Assembly: GCF_009914755.1 (NCBI RefSeq)
Contig: NC_060942.1
Source: the human T2T-CHM13v2.0 reference genome, Homo sapiens
Length of the DNA stretch: 64,000 nucleotides
Reading direction: 5' to 3' (one strand)
The stretch's first letter is position 1, and every line of letters starts with the position of its first letter. The notes below the pieces were generated by a model. That model searched no databases. It had not been told where the DNA came from and worked only from the letters and a program-made list of their open reading frames with translations. Below, in pieces: positions 43,641 to 57,149 of the stretch. Both the position numbers and the translations under genes were made by a program.

Positions 43641-45567
43641 CTGAAGGGAGAAAGTTCAATTATTTTCTGGCCTTTTAATAATTTGAAATAAAAGGGACCT
43701 ACACCAAGCTTCCTGACTTTTGAAATATTTTTTCCTCCCAACACAAACTAAACATCCCGGGCTATTTTTATTATCATGAGATTCAATTTTTTTTTTTAGA
43801 AAAAGACAACAGATGTTGTAGTAATATATTTCATCTGGTATCACAGATATCATGAGATAAACTTTGGGTACACCAAATAAACCATCATTTCTCCCAAGTC
43901 CCTACATCTCACCACAATTTGTGATACTTATTACTGATGCTTTTGCACTGTCCACAATAGGTATAAGCTGGAAGTCTCATTCAGTATCAGTACTTTCTCC
44001 CATCACAAGTAAACTTTGAGTCAAAAGCAAAATAACATCTTTAGTAGTCTTATTTACTTTGGGAAAATAGTTTTGTGCATTTGATACTCTCCCTTCTGAA
44101 TAATAGCTATTACCAATGACTTGAGAAAGGGATTTGGAGAATGATTAGTACTTTGCGAGGAAAAAAAATGTGATATTAAGGTTAAGGAGTTATTCCAGAA
44201 TAGCATTAAAGAAAAACTGTGGGGCTTTTGGTTGCCTTTTGTCATTTTCAGTCAAGAGCTGAAAATAGTTACATTAATATATCATAACTGAGAACCAGGA
44301 AAGAGCAATTGTGAAGAGCCCCCATACCAAGAGTCTCCCAAATCATGCAGAAAGAACAAAAAGAAAACCTTGATAGAAAAAGTCAGCCATATAGCAACAA
44401 GAAGCCAAGCAGGCATGCCTCTCATGCACCACAAACACACCTGGGTCTCAGGGAAGCTGGGTTTTTCATTATGATGATAAAGTTAAATAAATGTTTTCTG
44501 GGAGCTCTTTAAACCCAGATCTGTTCATCTTATTCTATAGTATTTTCAGATTTCTGAAATCTTTGAAAAACACAGCATAAGCAAATCAGTGGCATTGTGA
44601 AGTCAGTAGAAAGTAAAGAGAGACTCAACTTTTCCATATATGGAAATGGAAGGGTCATAGGTTACTATAATAGAAAAACTGTTTCTTTTTTTCTCACTGG
44701 TAGAAATCTGAATTTCACGAGAAATTAAAACAAATGCAACATCTGTATTATTTCTGAATAACAAATTCCAGGAGGCAAAAAATTATTCTATTTTATGCCA
44801 AAAGCATATTTTAAATAATGGGAAGACGAACTGGAATTTTCAGGAGGACTGAATAAAGGAATTTTTAGTAGATGTTTATTGGCTATGTTAATTGGGTGTT
44901 AATTGGGAATTCTATCAAGAATATCTTTGAGTTATAGTACATTAATAAGCAACTTGCCTCTGCACAATATTGATTGCTTTAAAATAATCTGATTACTGAA
45001 CATAAGAAATTTTCAGGTTTAAGAGCAACATATGGTGACATTTCCTTTAAAAAAGTGTTATCACAATATTGCTTTTAGATGATGCACGAATCCCGAAAAT
45101 AGAAAACAAAAAAGTAATTGAGGATTTGTGAATATGAGGCGCACAAGTTGGAGGAATTCTTTTTCTCTGAAGAAAAAGGAAACTGGGAGGAAAAGGGGAG
45201 AGGAAAAGGGATGTGAAGGGTGGAATCGAAGAAGTCTTGTAGAAAGGGTGGGTGCCATTAACATTTTGGTTTATAAAAGGGCACTCCTGGCTCAACAAAG
45301 GACCCCTAAAGAAGAAGCATGTCAGTGCTGCCTCACTGCCATGAGAATTGAGGTATGCAAACTGGGGAAAACGGAGAGAGGAGGGAGTCATAGGGTAATT
45401 CCTTATTTGTAGGTAAATTATCTTAACTTTGATGTTTTGAAATAGAAACATTTTACAGTTCCAGGAATTATTAAGAGGGTCAGAAAAACGTTGACAATGA
45501 AGAGGAGGGGGAAACGTCCCAATCCTTACTGAGTCAAGAAATGGAAGGCTCTTACCAAACTTCCCAA

Positions 45568-45866
45568 TTTTTTTTTTTTTTTTTTTGAGATGGAGTCTTG
45601 CTCTGTCATGCAGGCTGGAGAGCAGTGGCGCCATCTCCGCTCACTGCAAGCTCCGCCTCCCAGTTCCTGCCATTCTCCTGCCTCAGCCTCCCGAGTAGCT
45701 GGGACTACAGGCGCCTGCCACCACGCCCGGCTAATTTTTTGTATTTTTAGTAGAGACGGGGTTTCACTGTGTTAGCCAGGATGGTCTCGATCTCCTGACC
45801 TCGTGATCTGCCCGCCTCGGCCTCCCAAAGTGCTGGGATTACAGGCGTGAGCCACAGCGCCCAGCC
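45568..45866 (-). mobile_element. AluY
   Basis: AluY diagnostics; TSD aacttcccaatt at 45558-45569 and 45869-45880. Confidence 0.94.
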
Positions 45867-46454
45867 AGAACTTCCCAATTCTTACTTTGCACCTGCACCT
45901 GTCAGCCAGCTGGATGCGCCTCTCTGGAAAATCAGACACAAGCTCCATGAACCAGGAGTAGAAAAATACATGGAAATTTACATGAAAGACCTTTGAGCTC
46001 TCCAAAGAGCTACTACCAGTAGCATGCGTTCCTGACTTTATCTTAAATTTTACCATATATATCAGGGGAATATAGGATTTGTTTTACTAACAACTTATGT
46101 GAAAATACACTTATTCTTTAAGACAGGGAGAGCTTTATCAAAGTGGAGATCCTTAACTGAAATTGGTGAAGTTTCATCATCTGTCCTTTGATTCAGGTGT
46201 GGTCTAGCACCTTCTTTATGTTGTCTGTAAGATAATTTTTTTGAAAAGAAACTAAGATGGAGGATAATTACATTGTTATATTTCATTTAAATAAATTCTA
46301 AAATATGAATTGAGAAAGTCATATGGTAGTCATAGAAAATAAAAGGAAAAGAATTTGGGAGAAGCAGAAATGGTAAATACTACACTAAAAAACAGGATCC
46401 TGGCATTTTAAAAGCAGAAGGAACCTGGAGGTGTGGATGGTGCTACTCAAGGCC

Positions 46455-46580
46455 CAGCCACGGTTGTGCTTCACATGAGAGTTTGAGGGAAATGCACACT
46501 GTGAGGTCCCATAGGACCTGCTGAATCAGAACCTGCATTTAAATAAGACCCCAGGGTAAAATGTGAGAAGCACTGGTCTA
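46455..46580. mobile_element. MER5-like hAT fragment
   Basis: ctgctgaatcagaacctgcatttaaataagacccc...tgagaagcactg. Confidence 0.6.
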
Positions 46581-47350
46581 TGTCACTATCGAACTACTCG
46601 CTTAACAGGTGAGGGACATACAGAGCAAAGCATTTTAGTGGCTGCCCCTGACTGAGTTCAGGAGAAAGGGCTTTCTATAAAATGTAAGAATAGGAATTCA
46701 TTATTAATGTTTTTCCGTAACGAAGCGACTACAGCATAGGTAGCTGAATAACTTCAACTGTGCATTAGGTTAATCAACAAATAATTTTTGACAGTGTACT
46801 CAAAAGCCCTAGCATGGATCTGTGGGATTGAGGAGCCCGCAGACTGCACTGGGTGGATCAGCCCAGGAAGAAGCTGGCTGTACCGAGTGCAGAAACTGGA
46901 AGACGGAGACTGAAAGGGACCCGAATGAGAGACGGAGTAAAAGACATCTTTTATTAGCTTATCCAGAATTTTACCAGCTTTCTGAGAAAAATTATCACCC
47001 TTTTTACTCATCAGAACTGATTCATGCAACCAGATGTGACCCTTTTAAAATGAGATGTGACTTAGGCAACACCATGAGAAGGACAGCAAGTATATCTGTA
47101 TCTGCATTTTCTCTTTCTATTTTTCGATAGTTACTGGTGTCCACTTAAGAGCAAGAGTCAAATAATAAGAACTTCGGCTTCTAAGAACTTGTTTTGGAAA
47201 ACTTTTTCTAATATTTTACGTTCCTGTAATTCCTTCATGGTACCATCTATAGAACCGAGAAAATGCAGAGATAGGGCAATGAAGGTATATTTCTCTACAT
47301 TTCTACAGAGCAGAGAGTCACACACTACACATCAGTAAAACATCAAATAC

Positions 47351-47449
47351 CTTTGCAGCTCTGATTAAATACTGAAGAATAGTTTTGGGAAGTTTAATGA
47401 CAGACTTTGGCAAGGCTAAAATGGCTGATGCAAACTTCCCAATAGCTCT
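47351..47449 (-). CDS. PIEZO2: PIEZO2 alternative cassette exon (99 nt): RAIGKFASAILALPKSVIKLPKTILQYLIRAAK
   Basis: cttctttgtag|AGAGCT ... GCAAAG|gtattt; phase 0-0, open frame; absent from the ORF track. Confidence 0.87.
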
Positions 47450-48722
47450 CTACAAAGAAGGACAAAGCAAGAGTAATTAGTAGAAAAAACCAAAAACTAG
47501 TAATTTAATATATGATGTCAGCATGAATTTGTCTCTACAGTTACACCAACTAGGTTAAAAGATGCCAGTCACTGAAGCTAGAATAAAATGTGCTCTGCTT
47601 GTAAGTTAGGAATAAAGAAAATAGTCAATCATTGCATGTAATCCATCCAACATAGTGAAGATGTTCATGTTCTCTCCTTGGCTGCACGATGAGTGGTGGT
47701 TAGAAGAAAACTCTTTCGAATAAAAATAAATGAGTTAAGTCATTAGTATTTGATAAGCCAGCTGCAAACATGCACAAAAACCCGGTCATGAAGAAACAGA
47801 CACAAGAAGCAATGGGGGAAGAAAGAAAGCATCAGACCAAGGTGTCTCTATGGAGAATTCAGTTTTTCTATGTCACTGGGAAACAAGCATGGATGGGCCC
47901 CACCCACTTGAGAAGTCCTGGCCAAAAAACTGACGAAGGCCTTATCACGGGCATATCATGTGGCTTGATGGACATCACTCTATGTGCCTCGTAGGAAAAC
48001 AAATGGGAAATAACAGCCCTAGTGTGTAGTTAATTGATAAAAGAAACACAGACCAATTTTCATCCCATACATGACTCTAATGACAAAGCCTCATCTTTAA
48101 CAAGCATTGATTCACATTCACTCAATATGCTACATTAGGCTGGTGAGCTATAGCTGAGAATGGGACAGCAGGTTCTAAAACAGAAAGGTAGCTAAGCTGA
48201 AAAAACCAGAACTGTGCCACATATTTTTATTACTAGTTCAATATATTCTCAAATCTTTAGCAATACATATGAAACGGTTTTCAAACTCTGAAGCAACATT
48301 TAAATGATCATTTGCTCCACAACAAAGCAAGGATTTTGTTTTCATTATCGCCTTACATTGAATGTAAGTCCATTCAAGCAATCCAATGCAATGCCAGAGA
48401 AGTCTTTTTCACTTTGCTTGCAAGAAAAACATTGAGTTCACCCAACGAAGCTTTATTTTTTGTTTATAGTATCAGGAACTGTTTCAGTGCCAGTGAATGA
48501 AAACCTGGGCTGTACATGGTTCTTGCTTGATACTAATTACGGTGTTGCTGGGAGCAGGCATCATTACAATTTAATTAGAAATAAAGAATTGCAGATGTAA
48601 ATCAGAAGCTTCGGGGAGCTATGACATATGAATATTACAGGAGGTGTCTAGGCCTGCAATGAAGGTCCGTCAATAAGAAAAGCTCTTCCAACTAGCAAAG
48701 AAATGATTTTCCCCATAATTAC

Positions 48723-48829
48723 CTGGAATGCTGACCTTCGTGGAGGTTCTTCATCTTCCTTCTTTAATTCTTCCTCTTCCTCCTCTTCACTATCCGTTTC
48801 AAACAAATAATAATCTCCACTCCTGACCA
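48723..48829 (-). CDS. PIEZO2: PIEZO2 exon (107 nt): MVRSGDYYLFETDSEEEEEEELKKEDEEPPRRSAFQ, latch region
   Basis: gcttag|TGGTCA ... TTCCAG|gtaatt; phase 1 to 0. Confidence 0.96.
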
Positions 48830-51800
48830 CTAAGCAAAACAAAATATTCACTCATTTCTTGAAAGACATATAAGGAAATTGGGGGCTTATTAATGAAATG
48901 TCCCCTAAAGATACACAAATTGTCCATAAGAGAACCACAACGAAAGATGTTGGCAGAGAGGAAAACACACAAGATGAAGAGAACTCATCTTCGGCTAATG
49001 CTACGCGGTGTTGGCATATTGGGTCTACAGAGTATGAGGCCTTGTCTTTGCCATGTAAGAGAACTGGCCACTACAGGGTGGATCTGGTATGTTCTCCCTT
49101 CTTCATTGTAAAATTTACATAGATGAAGCAGATCAACTCTGCAGCAGCCAGTTTTGTTATCTAGATGACCAAAATAACTGAACACTATCATTTCAAAATT
49201 CAGCAATTTTGGTCTTCAGACAAGGCCAAAGTGAGGTGGAGGATTAGGCTTTGTCTGAATGGGCCCAAACCGTTGCAGATAAGCCAATCAGGACGATTCA
49301 GGACCAAGGTCAGTGTCACCAATCTCCTCCTTCACTTTACACTGTGCAGACCTGACTTCTCCACATGTAACACAAGGGACAAAACATACATGGCAAGACA
49401 TTTGAAAAAAAAAAAACAAAAAAACACGCACACACTGCCATGAGGATGAAATGGGCAGGTAACATTGAAAACAACACAACACAACAACAACAATGACAGT
49501 AACAACAAAAACACCACCAACAACAGCGCTCTGGCTGCTTCCACGTGTCGTAGCCCTAAGACAGACTGAGAATGGCAGACAGGGTCCATAGGGTTTACAA
49601 CTGCTAGGCTTCTGGTCAACAAGGAACTCCCCAGCAGCTTTCTGAAATTTGAGGAGCACTCTACTGACCACAAGACACAAAGCACAAACAGTATGGATTG
49701 TCTTTGCCTTGTCTGATACTTTCCCTGCAAGAACATAATGCCTGTGTCAAGAGTTGGGAGCAGAGAAAACTACAACGTACAGAGATTTAAGGAAATTTAA
49801 TAAATTAAATCTTTATCAGTTTGATCATTATTTAAAGTCTACCAGAGAAAAGAGGCCCAACATATACATTTCTGATGCTACAAGCAATGTCCCATCATCG
49901 CAGGAAAACATATTTTCAAATTATATTCAGGTTTTCAAATGCTCAGGCATCTTTTGGATGACATATTTTGATCTTAAGTTGTCTTTTGGGCCTATACATT
50001 GTAAGGTAATGGAAAACCTTGGCTTGTTTAAAATTAATTGCTTGAATATCACTTCACATGGCCAAAAGTTAAGTAATTTTGCCCACGATTTCAGAAAAAT
50101 CTGAAGCCTCCATTCATGAAGATACACAGTGGGTGAATTGGGCCTTATATCCTTGAACAGAAGCACTGTCATTCGTTATTTTCATTTTGAAGAAAGAACC
50201 AGGCCCAGAGTACTGGGTCCAGGCCTTGGGAAATAAATGCAATACAACACAAGTGAGAATAAGCAAGAACAAACCAAAGTTACAGCATTACATTTGATAG
50301 TGAAGAAGACCATTAAAGTAATGCCTTCACATAAGCCGAGAGATTTGCAGGAAAGTGATGTGGACTCTACATCACGTGGTCGTTTGGGAAAACACAGACT
50401 ATTATAAGATCGAGAATTTTACCCTCATTATAGGTTCCAAAATCAACATTAGCTTAAATTGTATTCAATCATACCTTCGATAACTTTTATTCATATGGAC
50501 AAGTTCAAAAGGTTTTCATCTCAAGCAGTGGTAACATTGATTTTACCATTAGAAACCACCAATATTTATGTGAGCTAGTGGAATTATCACATAAGAAAAA
50601 AGAAAATGTAAAAAAGTCTCTTATTTCCTTATAAAATGTTATTGAAATGAAACTAGGAAAATGACAGAGCACATTTTCATTCATGCCATCTGTTAAATTA
50701 GTGAGTAGAAAAGCTCTTACACACGTGTTTGTTAGCTCAGATGGCGAACCTGACTCCAGCCTGTGTCCACATACATATCATGGATGTTGATGTTACTGCT
50801 AAATTACTAAGTTGGAAATTAACTTTTTAAATTCCACTACTTTTATCCTCAGAACTTGGCCTTCTGTTTCAGATATTTATCAATAAGATGAAGCTTGGTA
50901 TTAATTTAGGCAGTACTGAACCAATATTGAAACATAAGGTATTGGAATGGAAGGTATCATTGAACAGCAATAATGCAATCTTGTGTGTGTACATAGGTAT
51001 GGAAGTAGGAAATCTGTCCCTATACAGACCATGCTAAAATCTTCACTGCTTACTAATAACATCAAGAACATAGCAACATTTTTGTATTGTCAATAGATTT
51101 ACACATGTGTATCCAACTACACTAATTCTTACACTTGGCTTCTCTAAGAAATAGCTGTTTGAAAGCCCAGTTACTCAAAAGATCAAATTAAGGGCTTCCA
51201 ACAAAGTACTTCCAGATCTAAAGATAAATTCTGGAACTCATCATAGACACAACAATACAGCACACATTCTTTCCCTTTCATTCTTCATTCACTTGTAAAA
51301 AGAAATACATTTTGCAGCAAAAAATTTAACACCACAGTCTGAATATGATTCCAAACTATGAATTACACACATTTCTGCATTATTGCATCATAAGGTTTTG
51401 TAACAAGGCACATGTAGTTTAACATCAATCTTCAATAACTTGATATAATGAGGGTGAAATGAACCAGAAAATCTAAAGTCAACAACATTCACAGGAAGTT
51501 CTTTATATTATTACAACTTGTAAGATAGTTATCACAGACCATATCCAATTCCTTTGCAAATGCGATTTTTACATGAGGAAAGGAAAGGCAACCACAATGA
51601 CCGCGGTGGGAATTTACCCCAGGTGAGGTGAAAAAACATTCAATATGACACAATTTTGAAATGGATAGGTCTCTCTAAATTAGCAGAGGCCCTTTAAAAA
51701 CATAAAGAAAAGCACAGTTTACTTGTGACTTGATAGAAATAGGCATTTGTGCACTGCATTTACCAGATTGTTAGCGTGACTGTCATACCCTGAACAGTAA

Positions 51801-53149
51801 ATAGAAGAGTCACACTGGACTCCGACTGGAATCTTTTGTCTTTGGACTTGGGGAGAAAATTAAATAAAACTCTTTCTAATCTTGTGTTTTTCTTTTTTTG
51901 TTGTAATGTTGAAATTCAATATTTGGGATTAAATTTGATTACATCCAGATATACCAAGCAAATTTCAAATATTGCTTTATTAAAAACTAGCTTGCCGATT
52001 TAGAAAATTATGTCTTGGGAGAGAGAGGCCAACGTCAGATCTATGTGAAACCAATAATTAGGTATGGGAAGAAGTTCTACTTTATTTGATTTCCTAGTGA
52101 TTCTAAATATCCTCCTAGTAGATTCACTCCTACAATTGTGTGATGTTATTTGTCTCAGTGATATTCCTTGTCCAGTTAGATTAGCTGCAAGTATGGAGAC
52201 ATCATGTAAAGACTGAAGACGACATTATACGTAACTTGCAAAATAATAATTATTCAATATTCTATGAAATTTAAAGAGGACTGGATTGGAATGGGGCATT
52301 CCACTATAATCCCATCGACCTATAGTGATATTTTCTTTGCTAAGCAGAGCAAATATAGCCACTGAGTTCCAGAATTCCTCATTCATCTTTATGATCAGGA
52401 GGGAAACACACTGCATTCTATGTGGCTATCAGGATCTGCTTTTAAAAATAGTTTTCTGGTTTTTGCTGTTCATTGGTCGTCTCTGAGCATCAGGTGGCTT
52501 GAAGGCTGTGCCACATGTGGGCATTGGAATTTAGAGTGCCTTTTTGAAATTGGGGAGGAGGCGTAGTAAGAAAGTGAGTGCATTTTAAGTTATCCCTCAT
52601 CTTTCTATTTAATAAATTGCCAAAAATCCTTAAATGCAAATAAAATCAAAGCTGTGGGAATGAGGGGAGGGGAGGCTCACTGGCATCCATGCCTAGTGCC
52701 TTACAGAGAAAGGGTCACTGACCCTTTGAATAGAATGATCATCCTTAAATCAGAGTCCAAGGTGGAGCCCAAGCTCATTTTTAGTAAGGGTATTTAGCCA
52801 TAAAATATGTATGTGAATAGGGCTCTCGACCTCAGAATTGGGCAATATAATATTCAATTCTTCTTCCCTTTCTGAGCCCATAAATTATGCCCTAGAGTCT
52901 ATAAGCCACGTGTTTGGCTTTCTACAGCCAGCACAAGAATGTCAGAACGTCTGTGCTGATGTCTCTGGAAGAATTGGACCCCGGGCTCAAAGACCCACTG
53001 ACATTAAAATTTTCCTACACTCCGACCCCCTATCAAGTCACAAGGATCAAACCATGCATGGAACACATGGGTCACGGGAACGCCTGAATTCTGGTCAAGG
53101 ATATAAGGGTTAGAGTCGATGAGGTTGTAAGGGGATCGAGAAAACCTAC

Positions 53150-53221
53150 TGGAAGCATGATCAACCCAAGGCCGCCACCACTGCTTTTTTTTGCCCTTGG
53201 CTTTCTGTTTGTCTGCTTCTC
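53150..53221 (-). CDS. PIEZO2: PIEZO2 exon (72 nt): READKQKAKGKKKQWWRPWVDHAS, lateral-plug cassette
   Basis: ttttag|GAGAAG ... TTCCA|gtaggt; phase 1-1; conserved QWWRPW motif. Confidence 0.95.
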
Positions 53222-53990
53222 CTAAAATAAAATACGTCCACATATTAATTCGTATAAAGTGAGAAAACAAATTTTGAAAACCACGCTTTAACAACTCAAT
53301 TGTCAAATCTAGGTAAATTGCAAAAGTATATCAGAGGTCAGGTAAAGGAACTATACTGAATCTGAAAAATATACATGTATTAACAGTCAATTTCACAAGA
53401 TAAATACTAATTGTTCTTTTAACAGTATGCTACATCTTCACTTTCTTCTTAGTGACTGAGGGCATACAAAGACATATAAAAAAGAAAGGATTATCTGTCA
53501 AAAATACATCTCACATTGAATATTCCATTGTATTAACAGAAAGGAAGCATCCCCCAAATTTTACAGAATCATTTACTGGCAAATAATTTGTTAAAGTACA
53601 TAAATTACAATAAGCAGAATTTTTTCTTGTGATTATTTTAATGCATGGCTGGAAAATATAAATTTCCTGGTCATGAATAGATACTATGCACTGGGAAAAT
53701 ATCATGCATTATTTCTCCCTTCCATTCACATAGAGAAGCATGCAAGCCTCTATAAAAGATCCTTTAAACTTTAATTTGATATAATAAATCCATAATTAGA
53801 TATAATCAATATATATTTCATGGTAAGTTTCATTTGAGCAGGCAACGATTGAATGATATTTTAGGTACCAATGGTCAGGTGCCACATAAAATACACATAC
53901 ATATTTCATTTCCATATAAAATTTATAGAAATAAAAGATAGCAGTATACTGTATATCGGAAATATATCCCTTAAAGAAACAAATTAAGCG

Positions 53991-54329
<339 letters not shown>

Positions 54330-54612
54330 CTACTGCAGAAACAGATGTCTGTGGAACAAAAGCTAGGTTATGTATTTGTTAAAGCTATCTTGCTGAAGAG
54401 TGGATACTTGTAAACTAATTGATTTATCAAATACATACTTTATGAAACTAATGAATATATCCATTCACAATGGGAAAATAAAGCTCGCTGAATCAAAAAA
54501 GTGTATCGATAATCTTGGCAGAATAAGAAGTAATGTTATTTTACAGCCCTGCTCAATATCATGCTATTATTCAATGTTAAAACTTGAATAAGAGGAAAAT
54601 GTCTTGACATAC

Positions 54613-54734
54613 TTTCATCATCCTCTTCAGAGAGTTTTTGCATGTCCTGGCCTTCCCCTGGCTCCTGGGTCAAGCTCAGCATCCTCTCCTTACCCTTTTT
54701 ATATTTCTGTTGCCTGGCCTTGATGCGATCCATC
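54613..54734 (-). CDS. PIEZO2: PIEZO2 exon (122 nt): MDRIKARQQKYKKGKERMLSLTQEPGEGQDMQKLSEEDDE, end of beam
   Basis: ttatag|GATGGA ... ATGAAA|gtatgt; phase 2 to 1. Confidence 0.96.
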
Positions 54735-54915
54735 CTATAAAGTAAAATAACATTAGTAATGCCAAGAACATATTCATTGTTCTCATGTGGTCAGTACTTT
54801 GGACTTATGCTGTTACGTATATAGCTAAATTCGTGGACAAACTACTTTGGAATACTTGTGAATTGTAAAATGGTTGCTCATTAGCAACAAGGATCTCCTT
54901 TCTTTTATATACATA

Positions 54916-54950
<35 letters not shown>

Positions 54951-56260
54951 TCCCATGTTATTTGGCACTGCATAGATGCCAGTCTTAATAATATGATCAA
55001 TAATGATTATGCTAAAGTTAGGTAAGCTATACTTGATGTCCACTCACATCTTGTATCATAGCCAATTTGAACATGGCATATTATGAAATACAAGTCCTTT
55101 ATTCTCCCAAGTTTTGGATTCTTAAACAAATGGAAAGATTTAGCAAAGAGAATTACAGTAATAGACCTCACTTATGGGAAATTAGGAACATATTCTAAAC
55201 ATGAGTCCAAATTTGTTATTCTTCTAGACCTGATTTGGATAACTAGAAACACCAATAAAAACAGTTGTACCATATTGCATTTACATTATAATTTTTATAT
55301 ATAACTTATGTCTTTATGAAAATAATAATGCTGTGGAATAATCTAATTTATACTAAGAAATATTTCTGCTTGGGAAAAAAAGCTGGGAAATAAGGTCTGA
55401 ATGAGATAAAACTGCCTTAGCAAACTTACAGAACTTTCCCAGGGGGCAAATGGTGTCTCCATTTGCTTGGGGAAAGTATCTAGGCTTATAATTCCATGGC
55501 CATCACCTTTTAAACCTGGTCCCCAAACAGTCCTCAGAGGTTCCATCATTGCTGGAAATTTCACTCTAAGAAGATTATTTTCCATGGAATTCCCAAGTCT
55601 CCGGAGTGGAGTCAGTCTACCCCTTGGCCCATCCAGAATGGGATGGTGGGAAAAACCTTAGATGGGATATAAAGAACTCTGGCTTATATTTCTAGTGCTG
55701 CCTCTAGTTAGTGTTGACTCTTAAGTCATCTAATACCAGGGTCATCAGTTTCTTTCCAAAGAGACTGGATGATATTATCTAAAACTATGCTTCCAAAGCT
55801 GACTCCACATTTACTCCCTTAGATGTAATGAATGCTTATATCAAGTACTTGGCACTGAGCAAGACCTTGTGTCATTCATTAGCTAGTTTAATCTTTACAA
55901 AAACCCAGGAAGGCAGAATTGTGAGCCCTAATTTAAAAACAGAAAACTCAAATTTAGAGGACTTAAATGACCTGTTCAAGGTTCTAAAGTAAGTCACTCA
56001 GCTAGCAATTGATCCCTGGTCCTCTGCAAGATAGCGCCCACCTCCACCATGCTGGAGCGATCTTTCTGTTAAACTGCTTTCACTTTCAGTCTAGTGGCAT
56101 GAGCAACTGCCCCCGCACAAGAATAAATAAATAGGAAGTTGTGAAAGTCCATACATATATATTTTTCAGGGGTTTGAGGCTCCCCAACAGTGGAGCACCA
56201 GCTGAATGTGGTCACACAATCAGAAGACGGAAGGAGGATGAGCATCAATAGCATCCTTAC

Positions 56261-56350
56261 TGTCGCTTCAGCTGGTCCATGGACTTCTTCTCTTCCTCAA
56301 TTCTTGCCTTTACAGCTTTTACAATTGTGGCCTGGAAAAGTTCAGCTCCT
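56261..56350 (-). CDS. PIEZO2: PIEZO2 exon (90 nt): GAELFQATIVKAVKARIEEEKKSMDQLKRQ, beam helix
   Basis: ctttag|AGGAGC ... GCGACA|gtaagg; phase 2-2. Confidence 0.95.
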
Positions 56351-57149
56351 CTAAAGGGAAAGTGGAAACATGAACAAGTCAATATTCTTGCCATTGTTGT
56401 TCCCCTTTTCCTGAAAATTATTACTAAGGGTTAGAAAACATAACATCTCTTAATGGCAGCTGCTTGTAGTTTCCTGGCTGGGAGCAGGAGTCAACAAGGC
56501 CCCTTCTAGAAGCCTTTTCCCATTGGGTGAACAGGGCACAGCCTTCCCCCTGGGAGTGAAGGGGCTGCTCACAAGCCCAGTAGTGAAGATCAGTAAAGAG
56601 AAAGTGTTTTGTATTCTCCAAGACATTGACACCCACGAGCCTCTTCAAACCTGTCCCACTGAACGTTAGACTTCAGTAAAGCATTCTCACCTGACCTTAT
56701 TGTAATTATACCAAGAGGAGAAATTTGCAAAAAGGGTACATTCAGATTCATTTTCTACTCAATTAGCAGAAACTGGGGATTCCTTCAGGGACTATGTGAA
56801 GGCCAGTTCCTGCTCCATCTGTGGGACATCTAGTCTCTTGTCCCTGATTCTCTTCTTCCTGTCCTTCCACTCCCTTCTGTTCTTTCTCACTTCTCAGGTC
56901 AACCTCAGTGTCTCCATAAATCTCCTCAACCTTCTTCACATTCTCAACTCTGTCACACTGTTACATGCTTCACAAATCCCAAATCTGCAGGAACCTGACA
57001 GTGTGCCCGCCCTGTCCTGAGAGGGGCTGTTGGCAGCTGCTGGAAAAAACACCTGCTTGGGCAGATGGTTCTCTGCAGAGCCCCCGCCTCCTTGGAAAGT
57101 CTTGTGCTTCTCTACAGTGGCTGTTTCAAACTCTGCTACGCTTTTCTCA

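Noticed and set aside
44698-44707. Possible 10-nt micro-exon (cag|ATTTCTACCA|gtgaga) on the minus strand
   Set aside because: Frame-shifting with a weak donor and no other support.
45047-45634. 195-aa ORF on the minus strand
   Set aside because: Starts in an AluY tail and runs through low-complexity sequence; no compatible splice donor.
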